Source of the DNA: Bacteroidia bacterium
GTDB lineage: Bacteria > Bacteroidota > Bacteroidia > UBA4408
NCBI GenBank assembly: GCA_035438985.1
Contig: DAORJK010000005.1
Coordinates: 47,757 to 111,756, forward strand
Direction: 5' to 3'
Length of the DNA stretch: 64,000 bases
Every line of letters begins with the position of its first letter. Positions within the stretch are counted from its first letter, which is position 1. This document shows positions 41,814 through 51,472 of the stretch, piece by piece. Under the pieces are notes generated by a model that did no database searches, was not told the DNA's origin, and saw nothing but the letters and a program-made list of their open reading frames with translations. The position numbers and the translations under genes were made by a program.

Positions 41814-41976
41814 GTTTATTTTTAAGCGCGGCAAAGATATAATTAATTTTTTTTCTGCAACGAAAATCGTGCATTACGCAAAATTTTTATTCCTTCATTA
41901 CCAACGCTATGAAATCAAATTACTTACTAAACCTGTTGTATTACACATAAATTAAACAATTAACTAACTTTGCCAT

Positions 41977-44109
41977 GTGAGCGAAATCAAAAAAATAACA
42001 CTTGAAGTAGAAGGAATGACCTGTAGCAATTGTGCTGCAACTGTTACCAAAGCGCTTCAAAAAAAAGGGCTACACGATGTCAAGGTTAGTTTTATTGAAA
42101 AGGAAGTTAGCTTTGAGTTAACACCCAGCAACACACTTGATGATATCACATCTAGTATTGGAAAGCTAGGCTATACAGTTGTTCAAACAAAAAAAGATTC
42201 AAACGAACTTCCTCATTTTTCATCATTAGAATTGAAGTTTTATTTTTCGTTGCTTTTTACATTACCCTTGTTTTTATCGATGTGGCTACCTTTTCACTGG
42301 CTGCACAATCCCCTGGTTCAATTAATCTTATGTACACCGGTATTTATTTTAGGTATGCGCCATTTTGGAAAGAGTGCATGGGGATCTGTTAGAATGAAAA
42401 ATCCCAACATGGATGTATTGATTTGTATCGGATCTATTGCATCTTTTGTATATTCTTTGGCTGGAATGTATTTGTATTCGGGAAGTGCACAAATTCATAA
42501 TTTTTTATTTTTTGAAACAACCGCCACTATTATAACCTTGGTTTTGCTTGGTAATTTGATAGAAGATAAATCTGTAAAACAAACAGGATCTGCTATTCGT
42601 GAGTTGGTTGCCATGCGTCCACAAAAGGCAACTATCGTAATTCAAGAAAACGGCATAGAACAATTAAAGGAAGTTAATGTAGCTGATTTATTAAAGTTCG
42701 ATATACTTCAAGTAAATACAGGTGATAAAATAGCTGCAGATGGTAACGTCATTTCAGGTGCAGGGAGTGCTGATGAATCTTTTATTACCGGTGAAAGTAT
42801 CCCGGTTGAAAAAAAGGTCTCTGATAAAGTAATTGGTGGATCTATCTTGGTAAGTGGTCAACTTAGAATAAGAACCACTAAAGTTGGAAAAGAAAGCATC
42901 TTATCTCAACTTATTGATCTGGTTAAAAACGCACAAAACGAAAAACCCCGAATTCAAAAATTTGGTGACAAGGTGAGTGCTATTTTTGTACCCGTGGTAA
43001 TCGCATTATCACTTCTAACCTTTTTATTAGCATATTTTATATTTGAAACAAGTTTGCAGCAGGCATTTTTACAAAGTATAGCAGTACTTGTTGTATCGTG
43101 TCCTTGTGCAATGGGATTAGCTACCCCAACCGCTGTAATGTCCGGAATTGGAAGAGCCGCAAAAAATCAAGTGTTAATTAAAGGAGGAAATACGCTTGAA
43201 GAATTTGCATCAATTAAGACCATTGTTTTTGATAAAACTGGCACATTAACAACCGGAAATTTTACTTTAAAGTTAATACAAATTACCGCAGATGTTTCAG
43301 AACAAAAAGTGAAAGATATTATTTTTTCAATGGAAAGTTTTTCTTCGCATCCTATTGCTAAATCTTTAGTTAGGGAGTTAAAGTCGGAAGCAAAAGTGAT
43401 TCAATTTTCAGAAGTGCAAGAAGAAAAGGGACTTGGAATAAAAGCTATTGACATGAATGGGGATGCTTATTTTATTGGGCATTCGCGTAATATATCGAAT
43501 TCGCAAAGCATTGCACATAATGAATTAGTTGTATTAAAAAACAAGGTTGCCATTGCGAAAGTTACTATTTCAGATGATGTTAAATCAAGTGCTTTAACTT
43601 GTATCACTAAACTAAAACAACTTGGTATTACACCTGTTTTGCTGAGTGGCGATAGTAAAAATAATTGTGAAGAAGTCGCACATAAACTTGGAATTAAAGA
43701 AGTTTATTTTGAACAGAGTCCGGAACAAAAATTAAACTGCATTAAGAAATTAAAGCTGGCAGGACCTATTGCTATGGTAGGTGATGGCATTAATGATGCT
43801 CCTGCATTAAATCTTGCAAACGTTGGTATATCATTGGGTAATGCAACCCAGGTCGCTATTGAATCGGCTCAAATTGTGCTACTTAGAGCAAATCATCTGG
43901 AAGATATTGAATTTGCTTTTCGACTCAGCAAGACCTCATTGTCAACAATTAAACAAAATTTATTTTGGGCCTTTTTTTATAATGTTATAGCTATTCCAAT
44001 TGCAGCGATGGGATTTTTAAACCCAATGCTTGCGGCACTTTCGATGGCATTTTCAGATGTGATGGTAGTGGGTAATTCAATTTGGTTAAAAACAAAAAAA
44101 CTACTCTAA
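41977..44109 (+). CDS. Copper-translocating P1B-type ATPase (GTG start)
   Basis: N-terminal HMA domain with MTCSNC, a CPC motif in the TM helix (VSCPCAMGLATP), DKTGTLT and GDGINDAP. Confidence 0.9.
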   Translation: MSEIKKITLEVEGMTCSNCAATVTKALQKKGLHDVKVSFIEKEVSFELTPSNTLDDITSSIGKLGYTVVQTKKDSNELPHFSSLELKFYFSLLFTLPLFLSMWLPFHWLHNPLVQLILCTPVFILGMRHFGKSAWGSVRMKNPNMDVLICIGSIASFVYSLAGMYLYSGSAQIHNFLFFETTATIITLVLLGNLIEDKSVKQTGSAIRELVAMRPQKATIVIQENGIEQLKEVNVADLLKFDILQVNTGDKIAADGNVISGAGSADESFITGESIPVEKKVSDKVIGGSILVSGQLRIRTTKVGKESILSQLIDLVKNAQNEKPRIQKFGDKVSAIFVPVVIALSLLTFLLAYFIFETSLQQAFLQSIAVLVVSCPCAMGLATPTAVMSGIGRAAKNQVLIKGGNTLEEFASIKTIVFDKTGTLTTGNFTLKLIQITADVSEQKVKDIIFSMESFSSHPIAKSLVRELKSEAKVIQFSEVQEEKGLGIKAIDMNGDAYFIGHSRNISNSQSIAHNELVVLKNKVAIAKVTISDDVKSSALTCITKLKQLGITPVLLSGDSKNNCEEVAHKLGIKEVYFEQSPEQKLNCIKKLKLAGPIAMVGDGINDAPALNLANVGISLGNATQVAIESAQIVLLRANHLEDIEFAFRLSKTSLSTIKQNLFWAFFYNVIAIPIAAMGFLNPMLAALSMAFSDVMVVGNSIWLKTKKLL

Positions 44110-44111
44110 AG

Positions 44112-45902
44112 GTGCCTGTACACTCCTATTATAAAATTCTATTTATTCCAAAATGGTATCCTAACCGAACTAATAAGTTTAGTGGAATATTTATTGAAAA
44201 GCACGCAAAAGCACTTGCAAAGGAATGTCGTGTAGCAGTGTTATATGTTGGCGCCGATGAAAATTTAAAAACAAAATATGAATCGGATGTTCAAAACGAA
44301 AACAACATAACTACTGTTAGAGTATACTATCAAAACAACGACGTTTCTACTTCATTATTTGGAAAAGCGATTAAATTTTACCGCTATTTATTTGCAGCAT
44401 ACTTGGGATTGAAGTGCATTAAGGCTGAATTTGGTAAACCCAATTTGGTGCATGTAAATGTACTAACCCGTCCAGGAATTATTGCATGGTTACTTTATAA
44501 GCTCAATGGTATTCCTTATATAATCAGTGAACATTGGAGCGGATACTTACCGGCCGATGGTTCTTATAAAGGCAGTATTAAAAAAATGCTGACAAGATTA
44601 ATCGTAAAAAATGCGAAAGCTATTACTGCTGTTTCACAAAAGCTTGCAGTATCAATGCAATCACACAAGCTCACAGGTTCCTATACCATTATTCCAAATT
44701 GTATTGAGCTTGAAAAAATACCTAATCGAACTATTTCCGAATTCACAACTGCTGTAATGGTTGGTAATTTATTCGATAAGGAAAAGAATATTTCAGCCGT
44801 AATACATGCTGTTGCCTCATTAAAAACAGCGTTTCCTGATTTTAAACTAACCATTATTGGTGGTGGTGAAGATGAACTTAAATTAAAGCAACTCATTGTT
44901 GACCTTGGAATAACCAATCAAATAATCTTTAAAGGTATTTTGCCACAAATCGAAGTTTATAAAGAATTGTGTGCGGCTTCATTTTTAATTTGCAATAGCA
45001 ATTATGAAACATTTTCAGTTGTAATTGCCGAGGCTCTGGCTTGTGGCACACCTGTTTTAGCAACCCGTTGCGGTGGCCCTGAAGAATTTGTAACGGAGCA
45101 ATTCGGGAAATTAATTCCTTTGCATCAACCGGATGAACTTAAAAATGGAATTGCTTACATGCTGCAACATCATGCTTCTTTTTCGTCACAAAAAATGATG
45201 GAGTATGCACGAACTTCTTTTAATCCGGATACTATAGCACAGCAATTTATTTCAATTTACAATCCATTCATTTCAAAATGGGAAGCTGGCAATACGCGTG
45301 AATTATTATCTATTCCTTACAATTGGAGAGTTCTGGACGTAGGCAGCGGTGATCATCCCAATGAGCGAGCTGATGTTTTACTCGAAAGAGAAATTGAAGC
45401 AACCGAGCATAGATCAGGAGCAAAAGCAGTAATTCCCTTAGGTAAGAAACTTATTTTAGGCGATGCTACAGAAATGCCATTTAGGGATAAAGAATTTGAT
45501 TTTGTAATAGCATCTCACATTGCCGAGCATATTGATGAACCTGAAAAATTTTGCAGTGAATTACAGCGTGTTGCAAAAGCAGGATATATTGAAACTCCGG
45601 GAGCATTTTCAGAATTCATTTTCAATGAGGCATTTCATAAATGGGTAGTAAGCAATAAAAATGGCGTATTAGTGTTTACTGAGAAAACAAAACATACGGT
45701 TTTTTCAGAATGGTTTTACCGTTTGTATTATTTAAATGAAAAACGCAGCGGTCACAAAGCACTCTATTCAAAAGCTAAAGTGCTAATTGCCTTTGTTAAT
45801 TTAATACGTAAAACATGGAAGTATCTTCCAAAGACGTATACTTGTTTTCATTGGCAAACTAGTTTTAAGTATACTGTGATACGAAAATCAACCAATGATT
45901 AA
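44112..45902 (+). CDS. Fusion protein: GT4-family glycosyltransferase (N-terminal) plus class I SAM-dependent methyltransferase (C-terminal). The ORF track starts it at 44082, overlapping the ATPase. The in-frame GTG at 44112 avoids that overlap.
   Basis: GT4 motifs (KILFIP...EALACGTPVLATRCGGPEEF) followed by a methyltransferase motif I (VLDVGSGDHP) and a post-I acidic motif. Confidence 0.7.
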   Translation: MPVHSYYKILFIPKWYPNRTNKFSGIFIEKHAKALAKECRVAVLYVGADENLKTKYESDVQNENNITTVRVYYQNNDVSTSLFGKAIKFYRYLFAAYLGLKCIKAEFGKPNLVHVNVLTRPGIIAWLLYKLNGIPYIISEHWSGYLPADGSYKGSIKKMLTRLIVKNAKAITAVSQKLAVSMQSHKLTGSYTIIPNCIELEKIPNRTISEFTTAVMVGNLFDKEKNISAVIHAVASLKTAFPDFKLTIIGGGEDELKLKQLIVDLGITNQIIFKGILPQIEVYKELCAASFLICNSNYETFSVVIAEALACGTPVLATRCGGPEEFVTEQFGKLIPLHQPDELKNGIAYMLQHHASFSSQKMMEYARTSFNPDTIAQQFISIYNPFISKWEAGNTRELLSIPYNWRVLDVGSGDHPNERADVLLEREIEATEHRSGAKAVIPLGKKLILGDATEMPFRDKEFDFVIASHIAEHIDEPEKFCSELQRVAKAGYIETPGAFSEFIFNEAFHKWVVSNKNGVLVFTEKTKHTVFSEWFYRLYYLNEKRSGHKALYSKAKVLIAFVNLIRKTWKYLPKTYTCFHWQTSFKYTVIRKSTND

Positions 45903-47169
45903 AAGTATTGTAAACACCATAAGTACGCGTTTTTTTACAGCCGTTTTCAATTTTTTGATTCTGCTGCTTACAGCTAATTACCTTGGTGCTGAAGGAAGAG
46001 GACAAATTAGTTTGCTGCTTTCTACTTTAACCATTGTTTTGCTTTTCTCAAGTTTTGTTGGAGGAAACAGTTTAATTTTTTTAACTCCGCGTAAACCTAC
46101 TACCGAGCTCCTTATCATATCCTATTTGTGGGCGGTATTCATCTCAGTGGTTTGTTATTTCACGCTTTACATTACGCATTCTTTTCCCGAATTGCTTAGT
46201 AAACATATAAGTGTACTTGCGTTTATGCTTTCTGTAAATACCATTCATACTTCCTTGTTAATTGGAAAGGAAAAAATTAAAGCTGCTAATTTTATTAATT
46301 TGTTTCAGGTAATAGGTCATTTCTTTTTATTGGCTTTTTGCTTTTTGTTTTTAAGGAGTTTGCATTTCTCAACTTTCATTTATTCCTTGTACCTAACTTA
46401 TGGAATTAGTAGTATGCTTGGAATCTATTTTTTATACCCACTACTAACTAAAAAATTTTCTTTTGGATTTAGAGGAACCTTAAGAATGGCTCTAACAATA
46501 GGTACCATTGCCCAACTTGCAAATATTTTTCAATTTTTAAATTACCGATTAGATGTTTATTTGCTCGATCGATTTGACACGCTTTCTAATCTCGGAATTT
46601 ATAGTTCTTCTGTCTCTATTGCAGAGGCTGCATTGTTGTTTGGAAGCAGTTTCGCTTTAGTTCAATTTTCGAAAATAGCCAATAGTACCAACACTGATCA
46701 ATCGCGTATACTTACAATTAAACTTACCCGATACAGCACCATCCTAACTTTACTGGCTTATTTGCCTTTGTTTGTATTTCCAGATGAGTTTTATACTTTT
46801 TTATTAGGTAAAGATTTCCTTGAGGTAAAGCAGGTGTTGTTTGCATTGTTTCCGGGAATTTTTTTTCTCGGTTCGAGTGTTACCATCAGTCACTTTTTTG
46901 CAGGTATTGGTAATTACAAAATAAATGCTTTAGCTTCCTTTGTTGGATTACTGTTAACCTTTTGTTTAGGTATTATTTTCATTCCCGATTACGGATTTAT
47001 TGCTGCAGCGTGGATTTCAAGTATTTCATATACTGCTAGTACCGGTGTTTTATTGGGCGCATTTATTAAGAACAGCAAGACAAAAATTACAGAGTTGTTT
47101 CCTAGGTTTGAAGATTTAAGTTTTCTACAAAAATCAATACTAAATGTGCGGCATCAGCGGAATCGTTAA
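45895..47169 (+). CDS. Wzx-like polysaccharide flippase (MOP superfamily)
   Basis: About 12 TM helices. Its start overlaps the upstream stop (ATGATTAA). Confidence 0.6.
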   Translation: MIKSIVNTISTRFFTAVFNFLILLLTANYLGAEGRGQISLLLSTLTIVLLFSSFVGGNSLIFLTPRKPTTELLIISYLWAVFISVVCYFTLYITHSFPELLSKHISVLAFMLSVNTIHTSLLIGKEKIKAANFINLFQVIGHFFLLAFCFLFLRSLHFSTFIYSLYLTYGISSMLGIYFLYPLLTKKFSFGFRGTLRMALTIGTIAQLANIFQFLNYRLDVYLLDRFDTLSNLGIYSSSVSIAEAALLFGSSFALVQFSKIANSTNTDQSRILTIKLTRYSTILTLLAYLPLFVFPDEFYTFLLGKDFLEVKQVLFALFPGIFFLGSSVTISHFFAGIGNYKINALASFVGLLLTFCLGIIFIPDYGFIAAAWISSISYTASTGVLLGAFIKNSKTKITELFPRFEDLSFLQKSILNVRHQRNR

Positions 47170-49132
47170 ACTCGACAATTCAGATTTAAATTTGCCTGCG
47201 CTTTTGCAACAGGTTACTAACCGTATAAAGCATCGAGGTCCGGATGGGGAAGGATTTTTTTTTGCAAATGGCAATCATCAAATCGCTGCTTTTGGTGAAG
47301 CAAGCCCCGACCATGTAAAACAAGCCGCTTTCGCTTATTCTCCCAATCAAGCTATTGAAACTGTTTCTAATAATTTTAAACTGGGTTTCGGACATCGACG
47401 ACTTTCAATTTTAGATTTAACTCCTACCGGGCATCAGCCAATGTGCCTTCCCGATAAAAAAAATTGGATCACGTATAACGGTGAAATTTACAATTACATT
47501 GAAATTAGAGAGGAATTAATTGCAAAAGGACACAATTTTCTTACAAGCTCAGATACCGAGGTAATTTTAAAATCCTATGAAGAATGGGGGGTTGATTGCG
47601 TTAAAAAATTTAACGGTATGTGGGCATTCGTAATTTATGATGAAGTCAAACAAAGTTTATTCGGAAGTCGGGATCGATTTGGTGTGAAGCCGCTTTATTA
47701 CATCCACACCAATGCAATTTTTGCTTTTGCTTCCGAACATAAAGCATTACTGCATGATTCACTTATAAAACCTGAAAAAAACTATGCCGCTGTTTTTGAC
47801 TACTTCGTTTTTAGCAAACTGGAAAATGAGGCAGAAGGTATGTTTAAAAATATATTCGAACTGAAACCTGCCTGTAATTTTGAATTTAATTTAACTTCTC
47901 ACCGATTCAAAATCTGGAACTATTATCAGTTGCCTATTTCAACTGGCTACGAAAAATTTTCTCCGAAACGGTTTGAAGAATTAAAAGAACAAACTAAAAA
48001 TTTAGTAAAAGATTCGGTTCGATTGCGTTTACGTTCGGATGTACCGGTTGGGTCTTGCCTGAGTGGGGGTTTGGATAGTTCGAGTATTGTGATGATGATG
48101 CATGAATTATTAAAAGAAGATGCTCAAAAAATTCATCTTTTTACTGCCCGCTTTCATGAGCTTCAACTCGATGAAGGTAAGTGGGCGCAACAAATTGTTG
48201 AAGCTACCAATTCGAATTGGAGTGTTACCTACCCCACAGCAACTGAATTAAAATTAGATTTAGAAAACTTAATGTATGCGCAAGATATACCGATATGGAG
48301 TACCAGTACCTATGCTCAATACAGGGTAATGCAATTGGCCAAATCCGAAGGCGTAAAAGTGCTTTTGGATGGACAAGGAGGAGATGAATTATGGGCAGGT
48401 TATCCGCATCATCAATCAATATATATGCGCGAACTGCTCATGCAAGCTAATTTTACGGAGTCGAAAGCACTTTTGAACAATGCAGGTAAATTTCCTTCCA
48501 CTATTTTTTGGTTCTTAAAACAATATTTTAAACACAGCGGGTTATCGGCATTTCCTAATTTTTTAATTCCTTCAATTTACTCCAACTATTTTTCTCACAT
48601 TCAATTTTTGAACAAAGACTTCTTTAATGATAACAAACATCGATTTGAACTTCATTATAGCAATGTTCCAAAAACCTTAGATGATCTATTGAGGCAAGAG
48701 CTAAACAATACACTTTTAAAAGGGTATCTAAAATGCGAAGATCGTTGTTCAATGTGGCATTCGGTTGAATCGCGAACCCCTTTCGCCGATGATACACGTT
48801 TAATTGAATTAGCATTTGCAACTCCTTCGGTTTATAAAATACATAACGGGGAAAGCAAATATATTTTTCGAAAAGCAATGCAAGGAATAGTTCCTGATGC
48901 TATTTTGCAACGTAAGGATAAGATGGGATACACTACTCCTACGCTATCATGGATAAATGAAATAAAGGAAAGCTTACGCGATGATTTTTCTGAAAATCTT
49001 TCGGATGTTTTGGATTGTAAGCAAATTCATAAACAATATGAAAAATTGTTTTCTGTAAAAAATGGAATCGATAATGGGCAAATATTTAAATTTATAAGTT
49101 ATGCTACCTGGCACAAAATTTTTAAATTGTAA
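47144..49132 (+). CDS. asnB: Asparagine synthase (glutamine-hydrolysing)-like amidotransferase of polysaccharide loci
   Basis: N-terminal MCGISGIV (Ntn Cys2) and the PP-loop SGGLDSS. Confidence 0.85.
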   Translation: MCGISGIVKLDNSDLNLPALLQQVTNRIKHRGPDGEGFFFANGNHQIAAFGEASPDHVKQAAFAYSPNQAIETVSNNFKLGFGHRRLSILDLTPTGHQPMCLPDKKNWITYNGEIYNYIEIREELIAKGHNFLTSSDTEVILKSYEEWGVDCVKKFNGMWAFVIYDEVKQSLFGSRDRFGVKPLYYIHTNAIFAFASEHKALLHDSLIKPEKNYAAVFDYFVFSKLENEAEGMFKNIFELKPACNFEFNLTSHRFKIWNYYQLPISTGYEKFSPKRFEELKEQTKNLVKDSVRLRLRSDVPVGSCLSGGLDSSSIVMMMHELLKEDAQKIHLFTARFHELQLDEGKWAQQIVEATNSNWSVTYPTATELKLDLENLMYAQDIPIWSTSTYAQYRVMQLAKSEGVKVLLDGQGGDELWAGYPHHQSIYMRELLMQANFTESKALLNNAGKFPSTIFWFLKQYFKHSGLSAFPNFLIPSIYSNYFSHIQFLNKDFFNDNKHRFELHYSNVPKTLDDLLRQELNNTLLKGYLKCEDRCSMWHSVESRTPFADDTRLIELAFATPSVYKIHNGESKYIFRKAMQGIVPDAILQRKDKMGYTTPTLSWINEIKESLRDDFSENLSDVLDCKQIHKQYEKLFSVKNGIDNGQIFKFISYATWHKIFKL

Positions 49133-49273
49133 ATCAATCCATTCATCGAATCATTGCACCTTTCGGTACATTATTTTTGTTAAAAATTTGTATGCGGTAA
49201 AATTTATTCCTAGTTTTACGAATGTTAAGTAAAAGTAATTAATTAACCTTTAAATAATCTAAAAACAAAAAAC

Positions 49274-51190
49274 ATGAAAAAACAATTACTCATGGTTCTT
49301 GCCATATCTGCTTCTTTAAGCACTTATGCAAAAACACAACCTGCACGAGCTCGTGTAACTGTGGCGCCAAACGCTAAAGCTGTTCCTTTGCGTCAGGCAC
49401 AGGGCGGTATAAATGAAACACCCTTTAATACCAATCCTAGTTTAGGTTTGGTTGCGCCTACAAAAGCTTATCGTGCAAGTAGCACCATCACTGAGCAATC
49501 AATTGGTTTAACTACTTACGATTTGCAAACAAATAGTGCAATTCTGAACCGTTTATTGAAACACAATGACGGAACTATTTCTGCAACTTGGACCATTATT
49601 CCTCCGGGAGGAGCTTCTGCTGCTCGTGGTACTGGTTACAACTATTTTGATGGAACTAGTTGGGGACCTGCACCTGCAGCACGTGTTGAACCTACTCAAC
49701 GTACCGGTTTTACAAACGTAGTGGTTACGCCAAGTGGTCGCGAAATGGTTATTGCTCACTCAAGTACCGCTCCGGGTATGTTAATTACCTATCGTCCTCA
49801 AAAAGGAACTGGTGCATGGACAGAAGATCCTACAGTTTTAGGTGCAGTTGGTACTGATACTTGGGCTAAGGCTATCAATGGTGGTGCAAACGGTGAAACT
49901 GTTCACGCATTATGGAATGCAAACTCAGCTGGAGCAAATGGACAAGATTTTTCAGTGTATTACTCTCGTTCGTTGGATGGTGGTGTTACCTGGCCAATTC
50001 TTCGTACGGTATTAGCTGACTTAGATTCTTCAAAATATCGTGGTTTCGGTGGGGATGCTTATTCAATCGATACTAAAGGCGATACTGTAGTATTTGTAGT
50101 TGGAGACTTCGACACTGATTTAATCTTGATGCGTTCAACTGACAATGGTGTTACTTGGACTTCAACTGTAATTCAACCATTCTTCCAAGCATTGTATGAT
50201 GATGCAACTGATTCTTTTCCTGATTTAGATGGAAATGGAACTTCTGATCGTATGGAAGGATGCTCTGGTGATGCTCATGTAATGATTGATAATTTAGGAA
50301 AAGTTCACGTATGGTGGAGCAATGTATTAATGACTGATACTTCTGCTGCTGACTTATTAGGATACTTCCCTAATTCAATTGATGGTTTATTATACTGGAA
50401 CGATGGTTTCGCTGTTGGTCAAGCTCCTGATACTATTGCTTTTGCTTTAGACGGAATTAACGGTAACGGAACTTTGGATATTCCACAAGCCGGTTTAGGT
50501 GGTGGAAACGGAATGGGTGGATACCGTGGTAGTGTGACACAAATGCCAACTTCCGGTGTAGATGCTAACAACAATATTTACGTTGCTTACCAAACATATT
50601 GCGAAGATTGCGATACAACAGCCTTCAACACAGGTCACAAACATATTTATATGATTGCTTCTTCTAACCAAGGTGCTACTTGGAGTAACCCAACTGATAT
50701 CGATCAAACTCCGGATTTATTAAATCAGGAAGATGTATTTGCTTGTGTTGCTAAAAATGTTGATGCTAACTGTATTCACGTAATTTATCAACGTGATGCT
50801 GCTCCAGGACATTCATTATCTAATAACGCTACTGAAGCAGGATGGAACTCAGCTCCAAGTGAAATTATTTATGCTTGTGTAACCCCTTCAGATATCTTGG
50901 GTGTTAAAGCAGTTAATTCTTCGAAAATTAATTCAGGTTTAAGCCAAAATACTCCGAATCCTGCTGAAGGTAAAACTACCATTAACTACAACGTTGCAGC
51001 AAATGCATCAGTAGTTAGCTTTACTGTTACCGACGTATTAGGAAATGTGGTTTATACTGAAAACAAAGGAACTGTAAATGCCGGTGCATATTCAGTTGTA
51101 TTAGATACTGAAGCTATGAATAGCGGTGTTTATTTCTATACTTTAACAGTTAACAACCAAAAAGAAACCAAAAAGATGATGGTGAAGTAA
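49274..51190 (+). CDS. BNR/Asp-box repeat (sialidase-like beta-propeller) protein with a T9SS C-terminal sorting domain, paralog 1
   Basis: Signal peptide, Asp-boxes (SRSLDGGVTWP, RSTDNGVTWT, SSNQGATWSNP) and a T9SS CTD (GVYFYTLTVNNQKETKKMMVK). Confidence 0.7.
   Translation: MKKQLLMVLAISASLSTYAKTQPARARVTVAPNAKAVPLRQAQGGINETPFNTNPSLGLVAPTKAYRASSTITEQSIGLTTYDLQTNSAILNRLLKHNDGTISATWTIIPPGGASAARGTGYNYFDGTSWGPAPAARVEPTQRTGFTNVVVTPSGREMVIAHSSTAPGMLITYRPQKGTGAWTEDPTVLGAVGTDTWAKAINGGANGETVHALWNANSAGANGQDFSVYYSRSLDGGVTWPILRTVLADLDSSKYRGFGGDAYSIDTKGDTVVFVVGDFDTDLILMRSTDNGVTWTSTVIQPFFQALYDDATDSFPDLDGNGTSDRMEGCSGDAHVMIDNLGKVHVWWSNVLMTDTSAADLLGYFPNSIDGLLYWNDGFAVGQAPDTIAFALDGINGNGTLDIPQAGLGGGNGMGGYRGSVTQMPTSGVDANNNIYVAYQTYCEDCDTTAFNTGHKHIYMIASSNQGATWSNPTDIDQTPDLLNQEDVFACVAKNVDANCIHVIYQRDAAPGHSLSNNATEAGWNSAPSEIIYACVTPSDILGVKAVNSSKINSGLSQNTPNPAEGKTTINYNVAANASVVSFTVTDVLGNVVYTENKGTVNAGAYSVVLDTEAMNSGVYFYTLTVNNQKETKKMMVK
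50420..50805 (+). repeat. 386-nt tract 100 percent identical to 54659-55044 in paralog 3 (recent gene-conversion tract)
   Basis: Confirmed by direct nucleotide comparison. An identical antisense 70-aa ORF appears in the ORF track at both loci. Confidence 0.85.
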
Positions 51191-51211
51191 TTTCATCTCA
51201 GTTTTAAGAAA

Positions 51212-51248
51212 AAATCGGCTGGCTCTTTGAGTCAGCCGATTTTTTTTA
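51212..51248 (+). terminator. Rho-independent terminator (ATCGGCTGGCTCTTTGAGTCAGCCGAT plus T8). It is duplicated after paralog 3.
   Basis: Hairpin plus T-run. Confidence 0.7.
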
Positions 51249-51472
51249 TTCCTAAAAGCTAAATTTTCCCTTCTTATTTTAGGTGGCATAGTGCATCTAA
51301 AACCTTGTGAATTAATTTTCAAACCGATTCAAATAATCTTATCTTTAAACTAGATTTTAAGAAGTAAACGATTTTAATAAAAACAAAACTGCTTTAAGTT
51401 AAGCGGTTTTGATTTGAATTTAGATTAACTTTTAAAGAAGCTGTTTCTACAATTTCATATTCACTTAATTTA

